A DNA stretch of 64,000 nucleotides from Bacteroidaceae bacterium (GCA_045654885.1 JAZOOF010000049.1:658-64657); one strand, 5' to 3'. Positions 19,172 to 28,766 are shown, counted from the first letter of the stretch. Numbers and translations: made by a program. The notes: generated by a model not told the origin, from the letters alone.

Positions 19172-19783
19172 TCATGACGAATGCAGATAGAGTGATGCTT
19201 TGGAGAAATCGCGTTCTTTGAGGCTCTCGACGGGCATCATGAAGTTTATTGTGCCGCAGTCGAAGAAACGCAGATGCCAGCGGTCATCCTCGTCGAGCTG
19301 CAGCAACGATATCATTCCCTCGTTTTCATTCTCATATCCTTCAGTCATTGCGGGCATGCCAAGAAGCTTGAACCCGAAGGCTTCGGTATCACACTCCTCG
19401 AACTCCATCTTTTCGGCGGGCAATACGGCCGGTGAACCGTCCTCCCAATAGTATTGGTGTGTGTTTAGCTTTTCACACTCCTCGGAGTATATAACCTTGA
19501 ACTCTCTCTCTTCCCATTCTCCCATTCCACTGCATGGAGCATCGTCCTCGCCAAGGAAATAGTCCAGGTTGGCAAAGAACCAGAGCATGCCCTTGTGTGG
19601 CAGTGCTCCTTCGGGGTCAAGGTGTGCAATATCCTCCAGACGTATCTGGCATACGAAGGTCAGCAGAAAATCCTCTTCAAGGCATGGCCAGTCGACATTG
19701 TCGGGGAGGTCGGGGAATCCCCACCAATGGCTCTTGCCGGTGAGGTCCTCGTCGGTAGGCTTTATGTTGATGTTTATTGCCAT
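19172..19783 (-). CDS. DUF1963 (YwqG-like) domain protein
   Basis: 203 aa. SHWWGFPDLP...LTFVCQI...MLWFF...FFDCGTINF are hallmarks of the YwqG/DUF1963 family. Confidence 0.7.
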   Translation of the reverse strand: MAININIKPTDEDLTGKSHWWGFPDLPDNVDWPCLEEDFLLTFVCQIRLEDIAHLDPEGALPHKGMLWFFANLDYFLGEDDAPCSGMGEWEEREFKVIYSEECEKLNTHQYYWEDGSPAVLPAEKMEFEECDTEAFGFKLLGMPAMTEGYENENEGMISLLQLDEDDRWHLRFFDCGTINFMMPVESLKERDFSKASLYLHSS

Positions 19784-19817
19784 AGTCTATTGTGTTTTGT
19801 TTGTTGTCATTTGAAGT

Positions 19818-20969
19818 TTATGCCCAAGCATCGTATCGGCCATCGTCATCGGGGAGTTCATCCTCGTCGTCATCGAGCTCCTCGTCATCGGGGATGGCAT
19901 TGTAGGCCGGTATGTGATACATCTCAATCTCGGCGGCAAATTGTGTAAGATGTCCTCTATTGTAAGCCTCTACGGTCTCTACAATCATCCTTTTGCTTTG
20001 GAGTCTGGCACCCAGGAGGGCATAGACATACATGGTCTCTTCGCTGTTCTCGCCGGTCACCTCTTTGCAACGGAGCATGTCATGCATCTTCTCGTAGCAG
20101 CTTGCCATGTTGAACCGTGCGCCCTTCTCATAGTATTCCCATGCCTTGAGATAGTCTACCGTAACTCCATACCGTCCCTCTCTGTGTATGTCGCCAAGCA
20201 GCTTGTACGACATGTCTATGTTGCAACATTCGAGGCACTCGATGATTGACTCGCGGCAACTGTCACGCTCTTCCTTGTCATCGGGGTCAATCTCATCGTA
20301 TGCACTGCACAGGTTCAGTGTCATGAAATGCAGTGAAAGCATGTCGCCCTTGTCGGCGCCCTCTTCAATGGTTGAGGTATAAACATCCCAGTCGGCAATC
20401 TCTCCACCGTCATCGAGTCCACGGACAATGGCAAGGTCGCTGTATGCATCAACCACACCGCCGTCTACAGCCTTCTTGTACCATTCTTCGGCCTCGCGTA
20501 TATTCTTCATGGCAAGCTGTGTGTCACCTTTCAGACGGAACCAGTGCGGGTTGTCGCTCTGCGCCATCAATGCATCAAGGGTCCTGTCGGCAAGGTCAAT
20601 CTCCACGCTGTAGCCATAGCGGCCGAATATCAGGTTCATGAGGTATACGTATGCCGCATACTCATTCTTTTTTTCAAGGGCACTCATCAGCAGCCTTTCT
20701 CCCTCCTTGGGGTTGTATGGCTCAATCTCACCACGGAAATACATGAGCGCTATCTCAACGTCGGCTTCAACCACACCGCCTGCCTGTGCCTTCTTGAGCA
20801 GTCCATATGCGGCGTCCACTGAATCCTGTTCAAAACGATAGGCAAGGTCCACCTTTGCCAGTTTGTAGCATGCAACGGGGTCACCGGCCTGGGCCAGTTC
20901 ATCGAGAACGTCCATGTCATCGGGATTGACATACTGCCTGACTCCCATGTCTGTATAAAATTCTCTCAT
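19818..20969 (-). CDS. Sel1/TPR-like repeat protein with an acidic C-terminal tail
   Basis: Repeated A..YKLA / AQAGG..EA...A.MY-type Sel1-like units. The tail is DDEELDDDEDELPDDDGRYDAWA. The start is set at MREFYTDMG (ATG 20967-20969). Confidence 0.5.
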   Translation of the reverse strand: MREFYTDMGVRQYVNPDDMDVLDELAQAGDPVACYKLAKVDLAYRFEQDSVDAAYGLLKKAQAGGVVEADVEIALMYFRGEIEPYNPKEGERLLMSALEKKNEYAAYVYLMNLIFGRYGYSVEIDLADRTLDALMAQSDNPHWFRLKGDTQLAMKNIREAEEWYKKAVDGGVVDAYSDLAIVRGLDDGGEIADWDVYTSTIEEGADKGDMLSLHFMTLNLCSAYDEIDPDDKEERDSCRESIIECLECCNIDMSYKLLGDIHREGRYGVTVDYLKAWEYYEKGARFNMASCYEKMHDMLRCKEVTGENSEETMYVYALLGARLQSKRMIVETVEAYNRGHLTQFAAEIEMYHIPAYNAIPDDEELDDDEDELPDDDGRYDAWA

Positions 20970-21163
20970 ATTTTTACTGCTTATTAGGTATATAATTGCC
21001 GTCAGATATCTCTGTCGGGATTGGGTACTTGGCAAATGTAACCATTATTTTTTGTTTTGCAATATTTCTTCTTATTTTTGCGCTGACAAACAATTAATTA
21101 TATATAAAATGTCGATTAGTGTAGAAAGGTTTTCTGCATACTGTCGGCAATAATGTATCATAT

Positions 21164-21811
21164 ATGAGTGCAACGGAAATAAAAGCTCCGATATTTGCCG
21201 TCAGCAGGCTACGCATGGGGACAGACGGCAAGGGTGTGACTACATTGGTCACTTTTATGCGTTGTCCGTTAGGTTGCAGATACTGCCTCAACCCGCAGTG
21301 CCATGAACCGGTATATGCAGGCGACGGCGTTACACCGGCCGACGGGGTGATGATGTTGACCCCACAGGAACTGTATGACATGGTGAAGGTCGATGATATC
21401 TATTTCCAGGCAACGGGCGGCGGTATCTGCTTTGGCGGCGGAGAGCCCACGCTTTATCATAAGTTCATAATTGAGTTCAAGAAACTATGTGGCGCCAAGT
21501 GGAGTATAACATTGGAGAGTTGCCTGCGATGTCCGCAATACACCATTGAAAGCCTTGCTGCTGTGGTTGACCATTGGATAGTTGATGTCAAGTCGCTTGA
21601 TGCCCGTGTTTACATGGAGTATACGGGCTGTGTGTCGGATGAGTTGAGTAATCTGCTCTTCTTGAGTCGGCTTGTACCACAGGAACGTGTCACGGTAAAG
21701 ATACCTCGTATTCCCGGTTATAATGATTATGCTGACCTTGAGGGGGATGTGAAGAGGATTAAGGAAATTGGGTTCAATGACGTAGCCCTTGTACAATACA
21801 TAAAAAGATAA
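21164..21811 (+). CDS. Small radical SAM protein (activase-like)
   Basis: CPLGCRYCLNPQC (CxxxCxxC) near the N-terminus and a GGGEP SAM-binding motif. 215 aa. Confidence 0.75.
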   Translation: MSATEIKAPIFAVSRLRMGTDGKGVTTLVTFMRCPLGCRYCLNPQCHEPVYAGDGVTPADGVMMLTPQELYDMVKVDDIYFQATGGGICFGGGEPTLYHKFIIEFKKLCGAKWSITLESCLRCPQYTIESLAAVVDHWIVDVKSLDARVYMEYTGCVSDELSNLLFLSRLVPQERVTVKIPRIPGYNDYADLEGDVKRIKEIGFNDVALVQYIKR

Positions 21812-21818
21812 ACTTATT

Positions 21819-22169
21819 TTGGCTATGGATGCAGGAAAAGAGAAGTGTGAGATATTGAAGGGAATAAGGAAGGCGGTTGCCGAGCAGTATGGGTTGGAAT
21901 ATACCCCGGCAGAGTGTACGCATAAAGGCGGATGTCCGGGAACCTGTCCGCAGTGCGATGCCGAGCTTCGTGATTTGCAACAGCAACTCGAAGCTAAGGG
22001 CATTGTAGATATGGATATCGATGATATTGTAGAAATACCACAAATGACCCAATCGGGCATCTTTACGACAGCGGGTCTTGTCCTCCCGACAAAGCCTGGT
22101 GAAAAAAGATTCCCGATGGATTTGCAGGGATTGCCTCCGTTGGAAGGTGATATATCGTCCGAAGTGTAA
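21819..22169 (+). CDS. Hypothetical Cys-rich small protein coupled to the radical SAM gene
   Basis: 116 aa, 7 nt downstream of the radical SAM gene. Contains ECTHKGGCPGTCPQCDAEL. No family recognised. Confidence 0.45.
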   Translation: MAMDAGKEKCEILKGIRKAVAEQYGLEYTPAECTHKGGCPGTCPQCDAELRDLQQQLEAKGIVDMDIDDIVEIPQMTQSGIFTTAGLVLPTKPGEKRFPMDLQGLPPLEGDISSEV

Positions 22170-22221
22170 TTTGATGGAATATGCTTTGCTAAGGTCAGCC
22201 AATGCTGTGAAAAATATAAAG

Positions 22222-22378
22222 GCAATAATATAGCAGTTGGCCCATATTCCGAAAAAACGTGAAGATGTCATGTCGACCGTAGTGGAGACATCCCGTTTGC
22301 AGCAGTATAGATTCTTTGACTGCGCTGTTGGGAGTTTGCCCGAAAAATAACATTTTGGGTCAACTGCTATATTATTGC
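22222..22378. repeat. 157-bp element bounded by 23-bp inverted repeats (MITE-like or long hairpin)
   Basis: gcaataatatagcagttggccca (22222-22244) against tgggtcaactgctatattattgc (22356-22378), 22/23 complementary. The interior carries a REP-like core gatgtcatgtcgaccgtagtggagacatc. Confidence 0.6.
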
Positions 22379-22426
22379 TAATCTAAAAGCGTTTGATAAT
22401 AAAGAAAACTTCAATTATTGCTGTTC

Positions 22427-23050
22427 TTATTTCGTGCCGAAGATTCTGTCGCCGGCATCGCCAAGGCCGGGAAGGATGTAGTTCCTCTCGTTCATTCCTT
22501 CGTCCATCGCAGCGAGGTAGATGTCAACATCGGGGTGCTGCTCGGTCACGGCTTTCACTCCTTGTGGCGATGCCACAAGGCACATGAGACGTATGTTGGT
22601 GTAGCCGTCGTTCTTCAGGCGTCTGATGGCATCGCAGGCACTGCCGCCGGTGGCAAGCATGGGGTCTGTCACAATAACAAGGCGCTCCTTGTTTGCTGGC
22701 ATCTTGTAGTAATAGAATACCGGCTCGCAGGTCTCCTCGTCGCGGTACATGCCAATGTGGCCCACACGTGCCGATGGGATGAGTGTCAAAAGACCCTCTA
22801 CCATTCCAAGGCCGGCACGCAGGATTGGTGCAATGACAACCTTCTTGCCCGAAATCTTTGGGGCATTCATCTTCATTAGCGGTGTCTCAATCTCCTCATA
22901 TGTCAATGGGAAATCACGGGTCACCTCGTATCCCATGAGTGTTGATATCTCCTTCAACAGCTCGCGGAACTTTATGGTTGAGGTCTCTTTATTGCGCATG
23001 ATGCTGAGCTTGTGCAGCACCAACGGGTGGTCAATTATATGTAAAGCCAT
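22427..23050 (-). CDS. upp: Uracil phosphoribosyltransferase
   Basis: 207 aa with the PRPP-binding motif [14 protein letters not shown] and the C-terminal [12 protein letters not shown]. Confidence 0.95.
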   Translation of the reverse strand: MALHIIDHPLVLHKLSIMRNKETSTIKFRELLKEISTLMGYEVTRDFPLTYEEIETPLMKMNAPKISGKKVVIAPILRAGLGMVEGLLTLIPSARVGHIGMYRDEETCEPVFYYYKMPANKERLVIVTDPMLATGGSACDAIRRLKNDGYTNIRLMCLVASPQGVKAVTEQHPDVDIYLAAMDEGMNERNYILPGLGDAGDRIFGTK

Positions 23051-23090
23051 AAAAAGTGTTTTTATGTTTGTTTGTAATATCCTATGGATG

Positions 23091-23098
23091 CAAATGTA
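23091..23098 (-). promoter_or_regulatory. Candidate -7 promoter element for upp (TACATTTG on the minus strand)
   Basis: caaatgta on the plus strand, 41 nt upstream of the upp ATG. The same GCAAATGTAATAT string precedes the SDR gene. Confidence 0.35.
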
Positions 23099-23181
23099 AT
23101 ATTTTTTAAAAGAAATTTAAACAGTTGCTTGGTTAATCTCTCTTCTTTTCCGCGTTTTGCCTTTTAGTATTCTTGCTGTCT

Positions 23182-23898
23182 TTATTTTTCAAGTCTCCAG
23201 CCGTGGTCGCCGTGGTATATCATATGCCTGGTCATTCCGCCGTCTATGCATATGTTTTCGCCGGTGATGAACCCTGCCTTGTCGCTGCAAAGGAACAGCA
23301 CCATGTGGGCAATGTCCTTTGGATTGCCAACGCGCCCTGCAGGTTGCTGTGTGGCATCTGGGCCATCGTATGTGGTGCCGGTGGTGTCAATCCACCCCGG
23401 TGATATGGAGTTTACTCTTGCCTTGCCGGCAAGGCTCACTGCAAGGGAGTGGGTGAGTGCGGCAATGCCGCCTTTGGCCGCCGTGTAGCTCTCGCTTTGC
23501 GGCTGGCTCATGCGGTCGCGCGACGAGGAGATGTTGACTATTGATGCTCCCGCAGCCAAGTGTGTCTGCAGCAGCTTGACAAGGTAGAACGGGGCAGTGA
23601 CACCTACGCTCAGGGCATACTGGAACTCCTCGTATGTGCACTCGTCAATGCCTTTCATCAGCGGCAAAGCATTGTTTATTATGCAGTCCACCTTGTCGTG
23701 CTTTGCAAGGATTTCGGCAGCGAATGCCTCAAGCACCTCTTTCTTGGCAATGTCGCCCACATAGTGGCCGTCGCCCTCCTGCTTGTCTATAACATAGACG
23801 GTGGCGCCACATGCGCGGAACTCACCGGCAATGCATTTGCCAATGCCGTTTGCACCGCCTGTTACAATAACTACCTTCTCCTTGAATGTATGTTGCAT
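23182..23898 (-). CDS. SDR family oxidoreductase
   Basis: TGGANGIGK Rossmann motif, a YTAAK catalytic motif, and a PGWIDT motif. Confidence 0.85.
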   Translation of the reverse strand: MQHTFKEKVVIVTGGANGIGKCIAGEFRACGATVYVIDKQEGDGHYVGDIAKKEVLEAFAAEILAKHDKVDCIINNALPLMKGIDECTYEEFQYALSVGVTAPFYLVKLLQTHLAAGASIVNISSSRDRMSQPQSESYTAAKGGIAALTHSLAVSLAGKARVNSISPGWIDTTGTTYDGPDATQQPAGRVGNPKDIAHMVLFLCSDKAGFITGENICIDGGMTRHMIYHGDHGWRLEK

Positions 23899-23926
23899 GA
23901 TGTCATTATATATGTTTCTGTTTTTG

Positions 23927-23934
23927 CAAATGTA
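23927..23934 (-). promoter_or_regulatory. Candidate -7 promoter element for the SDR gene
   Basis: caaatgta on the plus strand (TACATTTG on minus), 29 nt upstream of the ATG at 23898. Confidence 0.35.
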
Positions 23935-24099
23935 ATATAAATATCTGTATGCATGGCTAAAAAAACGGAAAACGGAATAATTGTATTATTGAGTGCTGTG
24001 TATAAAAAGGTTTTTATAGGCTATGGATATTGCTGCATAATGGTTAACTTTGCCAAACTGTCAAAATGGACGGATTTTCAGTTTTTTAGTTAGAATGCT

Positions 24100-24393
24100 A
24101 TGTATCAGAAATTCATAATAACAGGTGATGGCGAACTGAGGTTCGGCAATGTATATCATCACCGCAATCTTTTGCGGTGGGACGAGGATTGTCCCTATGG
24201 TGGCGGGCTGTGGCGCATAGATGAGGAGCGCGCTGCGGTGGTGCTCTATGGCCGCTCGTTCGAGTTCGGCGCACCTTCGTTCAATGGACTCAAGCATGTG
24301 AACTGGGACGGCATCGATGGCAAGGAACGGCTCTTGTTCCATCAGCCGCATTGGCCCTATGACGAGACGCTTGTTCCGGTTGCTGTATTTTAA
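24100..24393 (+). CDS. Hypothetical small protein
   Basis: 97-aa ORF with non-repetitive composition, followed by a strong hairpin. No family recognised. Confidence 0.4.
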   Translation: MYQKFIITGDGELRFGNVYHHRNLLRWDEDCPYGGGLWRIDEERAAVVLYGRSFEFGAPSFNGLKHVNWDGIDGKERLLFHQPHWPYDETLVPVAVF

Positions 24394-24417
24394 CAGCAAG
24401 TGAAATTGCTGATAAGG

Positions 24418-24454
24418 CAATAATGCAGATAGCGGGGTGCTATCTGCATTATTG
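24418..24454. terminator. Bidirectional terminator hairpin (between the 97-aa ORF and creD)
   Basis: caataatgcagatagc-ggggt-gctatctgcattattg (16-bp stem). Confidence 0.65.
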
Positions 24455-24490
24455 TGATTGTAAGACCCTGTAAACGGGTTACTTTTATCT

Positions 24491-25741
24491 TTATTCTGTT
24501 TTAGGGAGCTCTTTATTGTTTATGTTGCTTGTGAGGTACATTACTGCACAAAGGAGCAGGAAGAATACCAGAGAGCCCGAGAGTAGTGCATAGGTCTCCA
24601 TCTGCAGCAGTATATAGTTGAGTACGTACACCAGGGCTACAAATCCGCCAAGCATGTATGCACTACGGTTCTTCAGGATGCCTTTATAGTAGAGCATCAG
24701 TGCGACGGTGGTCATTGATGCAGAAATTGTGTATGCCACACCAAAGGCGATGAACTCGGAGAATGCTATGAGCAACGAGTAGAACAGCACGAGCGACAGG
24801 CCGATTACGGCATATTGGATGGGGTTGATTTCCTTTCGTGTGAGGAACTCTACCAACATGCCGGCTACAAATACCAGAATTATGATGAGCATTCCATATT
24901 TGACAGAGCGCATTGACTGTTGGTAGGGGTTTGCCGGGTCTACAAACTTCACACCCATATCGTAGAAACTTGCACTGTTGTGTTCCGAAGCATTCCATGT
25001 TGCGTAGAAACCATCATCACGCACCTCTCTGCTGTTAGGTAACAGCTCACCCTGAAAGCTTGGGTGCGGGTAGGCAGAACTCATGGCAAGCGATGTGTTT
25101 CCTTCGTCCGAGGGTCTGAAAAAGAGCGATTCTGTACCTTTCAGTTCAAATGAGAATGTAAAATCCACACTGCTGCCGGCCTCTATATTATCCGGTATCA
25201 GGACTACTGCTTCATAATAGTCATTCTTTTTGTTGATGTCGAATGTGCGGTTGCCAAAAGTGAGTTGTGACGGATTACTGAAACCTTTCTGGTCGGTAAT
25301 CTCAAAACGGAATAAGTTCTCTTTTGCTTTGATTGCTTTTTCAGTGACTGTAAACTCTCCCGATACAGTGACTTTAGAGTTGTACACAATCACATCATAA
25401 ATGGAACGATGCAGAATATCTGTCTCTACATTAGCCTTGTAATCAAGCGTTTTACAGTTTTTGCTGTAATCCTCGGCGTACTTATCTTTCTCTATTTCAC
25501 CTTTTACATTTGTAATCTCTATCTCTTCAATGACATGCGAAATCAATTTAGGTGCGAACACTGTCTGCTGTTTGCCATATGAGAAGGCCACCTCTTGTAT
25601 GACCTTATCCTTGGTCTCTTCACGCTCTTCAATGACTCCCGTTATCATAGCCAAAGGGATGAGCATCAACAGTGTTATCAGGGCTACAAAGCTAATCTTG
25701 ATTGCAACTTGTCTTGCATTTGGTTTCGGGTCCTTTTCCAT
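24491..25741 (-). CDS. creD: Cell envelope integrity protein CreD
   Basis: About 416 aa from MEKDPKPNARQ (ATG 25739-25741): an N-terminal TM, a large periplasmic region and a C-terminal cluster of about 5 TM helices, which is the CreD-like architecture. Confidence 0.7.
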   Translation of the reverse strand: MEKDPKPNARQVAIKISFVALITLLMLIPLAMITGVIEEREETKDKVIQEVAFSYGKQQTVFAPKLISHVIEEIEITNVKGEIEKDKYAEDYSKNCKTLDYKANVETDILHRSIYDVIVYNSKVTVSGEFTVTEKAIKAKENLFRFEITDQKGFSNPSQLTFGNRTFDINKKNDYYEAVVLIPDNIEAGSSVDFTFSFELKGTESLFFRPSDEGNTSLAMSSAYPHPSFQGELLPNSREVRDDGFYATWNASEHNSASFYDMGVKFVDPANPYQQSMRSVKYGMLIIILVFVAGMLVEFLTRKEINPIQYAVIGLSLVLFYSLLIAFSEFIAFGVAYTISASMTTVALMLYYKGILKNRSAYMLGGFVALVYVLNYILLQMETYALLSGSLVFFLLLCAVMYLTSNINNKELPKTE

Positions 25742-25838
25742 AGTAATTTTTTTGTTAAATGAATATTGATGTTTGTTTTTATTTGCTATTATAGAGAGTG
25801 CAGATGATGGAATTCTATCAGTGTCGTTGCTAATTTCA

Positions 25839-26522
25839 TTACATGACTTCATACAATATCCCACTGTAGTTGTCGGTGGAGAGTTTCTCGCACATGAACT
25901 TTATCACGTCAACAACATCCTCCAGCGTTTTGTCGTCTTGCAGACGTGCTGCGAGTATCTGTGGCGCCATGGCCTTGTACACACCATCGGTGCAAAGGAA
26001 TATCCTGTCGCCTTTCTCCACCTCAATGCGGGTGATGTCCGGGATTGCAACTTCCGGGTCCATTGAGAAGAAACAGCGTGTAACAATCTCTGTTCCCGGA
26101 CGGGAGTGGTCGGTTGTCTGGTGTACAACCTCGCCATTGCGCAACAGGTAGCATCTGCTGTCGCCGCAATGTGCTATGGTTACCGTGTTATTCTCCACAC
26201 TTGCCATTACGAGTGTTGTTCCCATCTCAATTGGACGTACCATCCTTGAACGGTAGTAAAGAGCTTCGCTTGCATGTGCAAATGCTGTCAATACCTTTTC
26301 CTCGCAATCATTCGTGCCGGGGGTATCTTCCCAGAAATTGCATACAGCATTGCACACAGTCTCGGCTGCTGCATCGCCCATAGCGTGGCCTCCCATGCCG
26401 TCGCACACAACCAGCAGGCAGCGGTTCTCTTCGGGCATTTCAACAACACGGCAAATATCCTGGTTTGCTATTCTCTTGCCGGTCTCGGAGAATACCGTAT
26501 ACATGTATTTCTGTTTTTCCAT
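25839..26522 (-). CDS. PP2C family serine/threonine protein phosphatase
   Basis: 227 aa. NQDICRV...LLVVCDGMGGHAMGDAAA...LCTDGV are PP2C metal-binding motifs. Confidence 0.85.
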   Translation of the reverse strand: MEKQKYMYTVFSETGKRIANQDICRVVEMPEENRCLLVVCDGMGGHAMGDAAAETVCNAVCNFWEDTPGTNDCEEKVLTAFAHASEALYYRSRMVRPIEMGTTLVMASVENNTVTIAHCGDSRCYLLRNGEVVHQTTDHSRPGTEIVTRCFFSMDPEVAIPDITRIEVEKGDRIFLCTDGVYKAMAPQILAARLQDDKTLEDVVDVIKFMCEKLSTDNYSGILYEVM

Positions 26523-26567
26523 GTCTTGTTTATACGTTTTTGTACAGTTATTTCTTTTTAAGAGTAA

Positions 26568-26607
26568 AACAAACGGCAGAATCTATCATCCGATTCTGTC
26601 GTTTGTT
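26568..26607 (-). terminator. Terminator-like hairpin between the RyR gene and the PP2C gene
   Basis: aacaaacggcagaatc-tatcatcc-gattctgtcgtttgtt (one G-T pair), followed by a T-rich tract on the minus strand. Confidence 0.55.
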
Positions 26608-26625
26608 CAGGAGTTTGTATGCAAA

Positions 26626-26916
26626 TTACTCTTTCGTAATCTTGAATCCCAGTTTTGTTATCAGTTTCAGGGTTCCAAAAGCTGTGTCGCGGTCATATGC
26701 CTTCTCCACCTCGGGCAGCTCCTCGTAGGGCACCAGGCAAGGGTGGGTCTTCAAGGTGTCATTGCGCTCCTCGCCATAGGCCCAGCCCTGCTCCATTCGG
26801 CTCTGCGCCCACACGTCGTGTACGTTTTTTGCAATCTTTTCTACAAGCTCATCCAACTCTGCCGGCAACTGTACGTCATTTGTGTTCACCGGCTGCGGTA
26901 CATAATTCTTTTTCAT
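26626..26916 (-). CDS. Stand-alone RyR (ryanodine-receptor repeat) domain protein
   Basis: 96 aa. LVEKIAKNVHDVWAQSRMEQGWAYGEERNDTLKTHPCLVPYEELPEVEKAYDRDTA matches the RyR-domain consensus (HE.W...R...GW.YG......K.HP.LVPY.EL...EK..DR). Confidence 0.85.
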   Translation of the reverse strand: MKKNYVPQPVNTNDVQLPAELDELVEKIAKNVHDVWAQSRMEQGWAYGEERNDTLKTHPCLVPYEELPEVEKAYDRDTAFGTLKLITKLGFKITKE

Positions 26917-26987
26917 TGTTCCTTGTGTTTTGGGTTTTTATATTATAGAACAATTTCTGATGCGGAATCTGTCAGCGTATATAAAAT

Positions 26988-28766
26988 TTATATTTGTTCT
27001 GTCAAGTCAAGGAAACCAACAATGTCGGTGTCTGTTATCTGCTTTTTGTGTTCAACAAACTTTCCGTCTGTCAATCTCAAGAATGTGATATCGCCTTTGT
27101 CGTTGGTTGTGTATGCCGTTTTCAGTTCTTCAAGATTTTTTATTTCATTACCATCATATCCAATGATTATATCGCCTTTCTTAAATATTGCATGTGTTTC
27201 ATCACCGTATATTGCATGTATTGTCACTCCTGAATATTCACGTTTGCCTTCTGCAATTTCAATAAAAAACTGCTTTGCCGAAGCTACATAATCTTTGCTT
27301 TCGGGATAACACTCTTCAAATGTAGTGAGCATAGACTTTATGTTGCTATAAGCTGTCATGGGGTTGATTGACGCTTCCTTACCTGCATCGAGTTCTTTAA
27401 ATCCGTAATACACTAATGAAATATCGTTCAAGAATCCTCCCCAGTAACGGATTTTAAGCCATTTGAGCCCTTGCTCATCTGCAGCCTGTATAGTGCACAT
27501 TTTCTTTATTTCATCATAATCTTGCACGTTTGTGCTGTCATATTCCAAAAGCTTTTTCAGATAGACATTGTTGAGAGAATCCAGTTTTATTTCTGACTTG
27601 TACAGTTCATCTTCGGCTTTTTTGTTGTCTTCATTCATTTCAGATACATAACCCGATAATTGTTCAAACTCCTGTTTAATTAAAATCTCATATTCCGACT
27701 CTTTTGCTCCCAAAGCTGTTTTTGGCATATTGACAAATTTTGAACGGAGTTCATTGCTTTCCTCCAGGACTGATTCCGGCAACTTGCTTATGATTTGTAA
27801 ATATGAGTAATATAGAATGTTTCCTAAATGTGTTAATTCTTTGAAACTCATATCAATTAGTTTCAATTCGGATGGAAAAAGATTGTTGTCTTCGGTTTCA
27901 GTGGTCAGTTCTGTGATTAGCTCTATTGTTTCATTGATGAACATATACATTGTTGACAAATGCTCATTGACGGAATGTGATTCAAATTCATTTATACCAT
28001 ACAATGAAAGAAGGAATTTTTGCCAAGCTGTGTATTTTACACTTGCAATACTGTTACTCTTATAATATTCAATATTGCTTTTGATAACATCTATTTGAGA
28101 AAACAAATCATCCTTATTGCTGTTCGATTTATATTCATCCATAGCTAAGGCAAGTTTCTTGTTGTCATCTATCAGAAAGTCTGCTATACCGGCGTATAGT
28201 GTCTGGTGTTGTGCGAACTCTTTGCATAACGGTTTTGCTATTGAACGGAAAACGAAGAAGAGTGAAAGAAGTATTGCGGCGATGGATAGCGTGGAGAGAA
28301 TGAACCATTTAGCAAAAATCCTCTGTTTGGTATGTCTTGTACTGCTCAAATAGCTTTCAAGGCGTTTCATAGACATATCGAAATACTCAATTGAACCGGC
28401 TGCAACAGCCTGGTAGTTGCGTAGCTCTTCCATACCTTGCGGCATTGGATTCGGCCATACAAAGCCGCTGAGCATTACCGGTATAATGTTTTTTTTGTGA
28501 CTCATTGCGCACAACACCTCTTTGCGCACCCAGTCTTCTTCATTGCTACACCGTTCGAGAGCATCAGTGGGTAATACAATAACAAAGTCACGACATCCTT
28601 CTATTATATTGAACAATTGTTCATTGAATGGTCCCGAGCGCATAGATTCGAGGTCAAAGAATACTCTGTATCCGGCCGATTTCAAGCGTGTCGCTATCAG
28701 GTTTGCTGTTTCGTAAGAACTGCGGCGGTAGCTTATAAAAATATCATAATTATGTTTCATCGTCAT
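26988..28766 (-). CDS. TIR domain - single TM - long helical region - PDZ-like domain protein
   Basis: The N-terminus YDIFISYRRS...FFD...FVIVLP...WVRKEV is a TIR fold with the conserved Glu. A TM helix follows (WFILSTLSIAAILLSLFFVF), then about 330 aa of helical sequence and a C-terminal PDZ-like module GVTIHAIYGDETHAIFKKGDIIIGYDGNEIKNLEEL. Confidence 0.85.
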   Translation of the reverse strand: MTMKHNYDIFISYRRSSYETANLIATRLKSAGYRVFFDLESMRSGPFNEQLFNIIEGCRDFVIVLPTDALERCSNEEDWVRKEVLCAMSHKKNIIPVMLSGFVWPNPMPQGMEELRNYQAVAAGSIEYFDMSMKRLESYLSSTRHTKQRIFAKWFILSTLSIAAILLSLFFVFRSIAKPLCKEFAQHQTLYAGIADFLIDDNKKLALAMDEYKSNSNKDDLFSQIDVIKSNIEYYKSNSIASVKYTAWQKFLLSLYGINEFESHSVNEHLSTMYMFINETIELITELTTETEDNNLFPSELKLIDMSFKELTHLGNILYYSYLQIISKLPESVLEESNELRSKFVNMPKTALGAKESEYEILIKQEFEQLSGYVSEMNEDNKKAEDELYKSEIKLDSLNNVYLKKLLEYDSTNVQDYDEIKKMCTIQAADEQGLKWLKIRYWGGFLNDISLVYYGFKELDAGKEASINPMTAYSNIKSMLTTFEECYPESKDYVASAKQFFIEIAEGKREYSGVTIHAIYGDETHAIFKKGDIIIGYDGNEIKNLEELKTAYTTNDKGDITFLRLTDGKFVEHKKQITDTDIVGFLDLTEQI

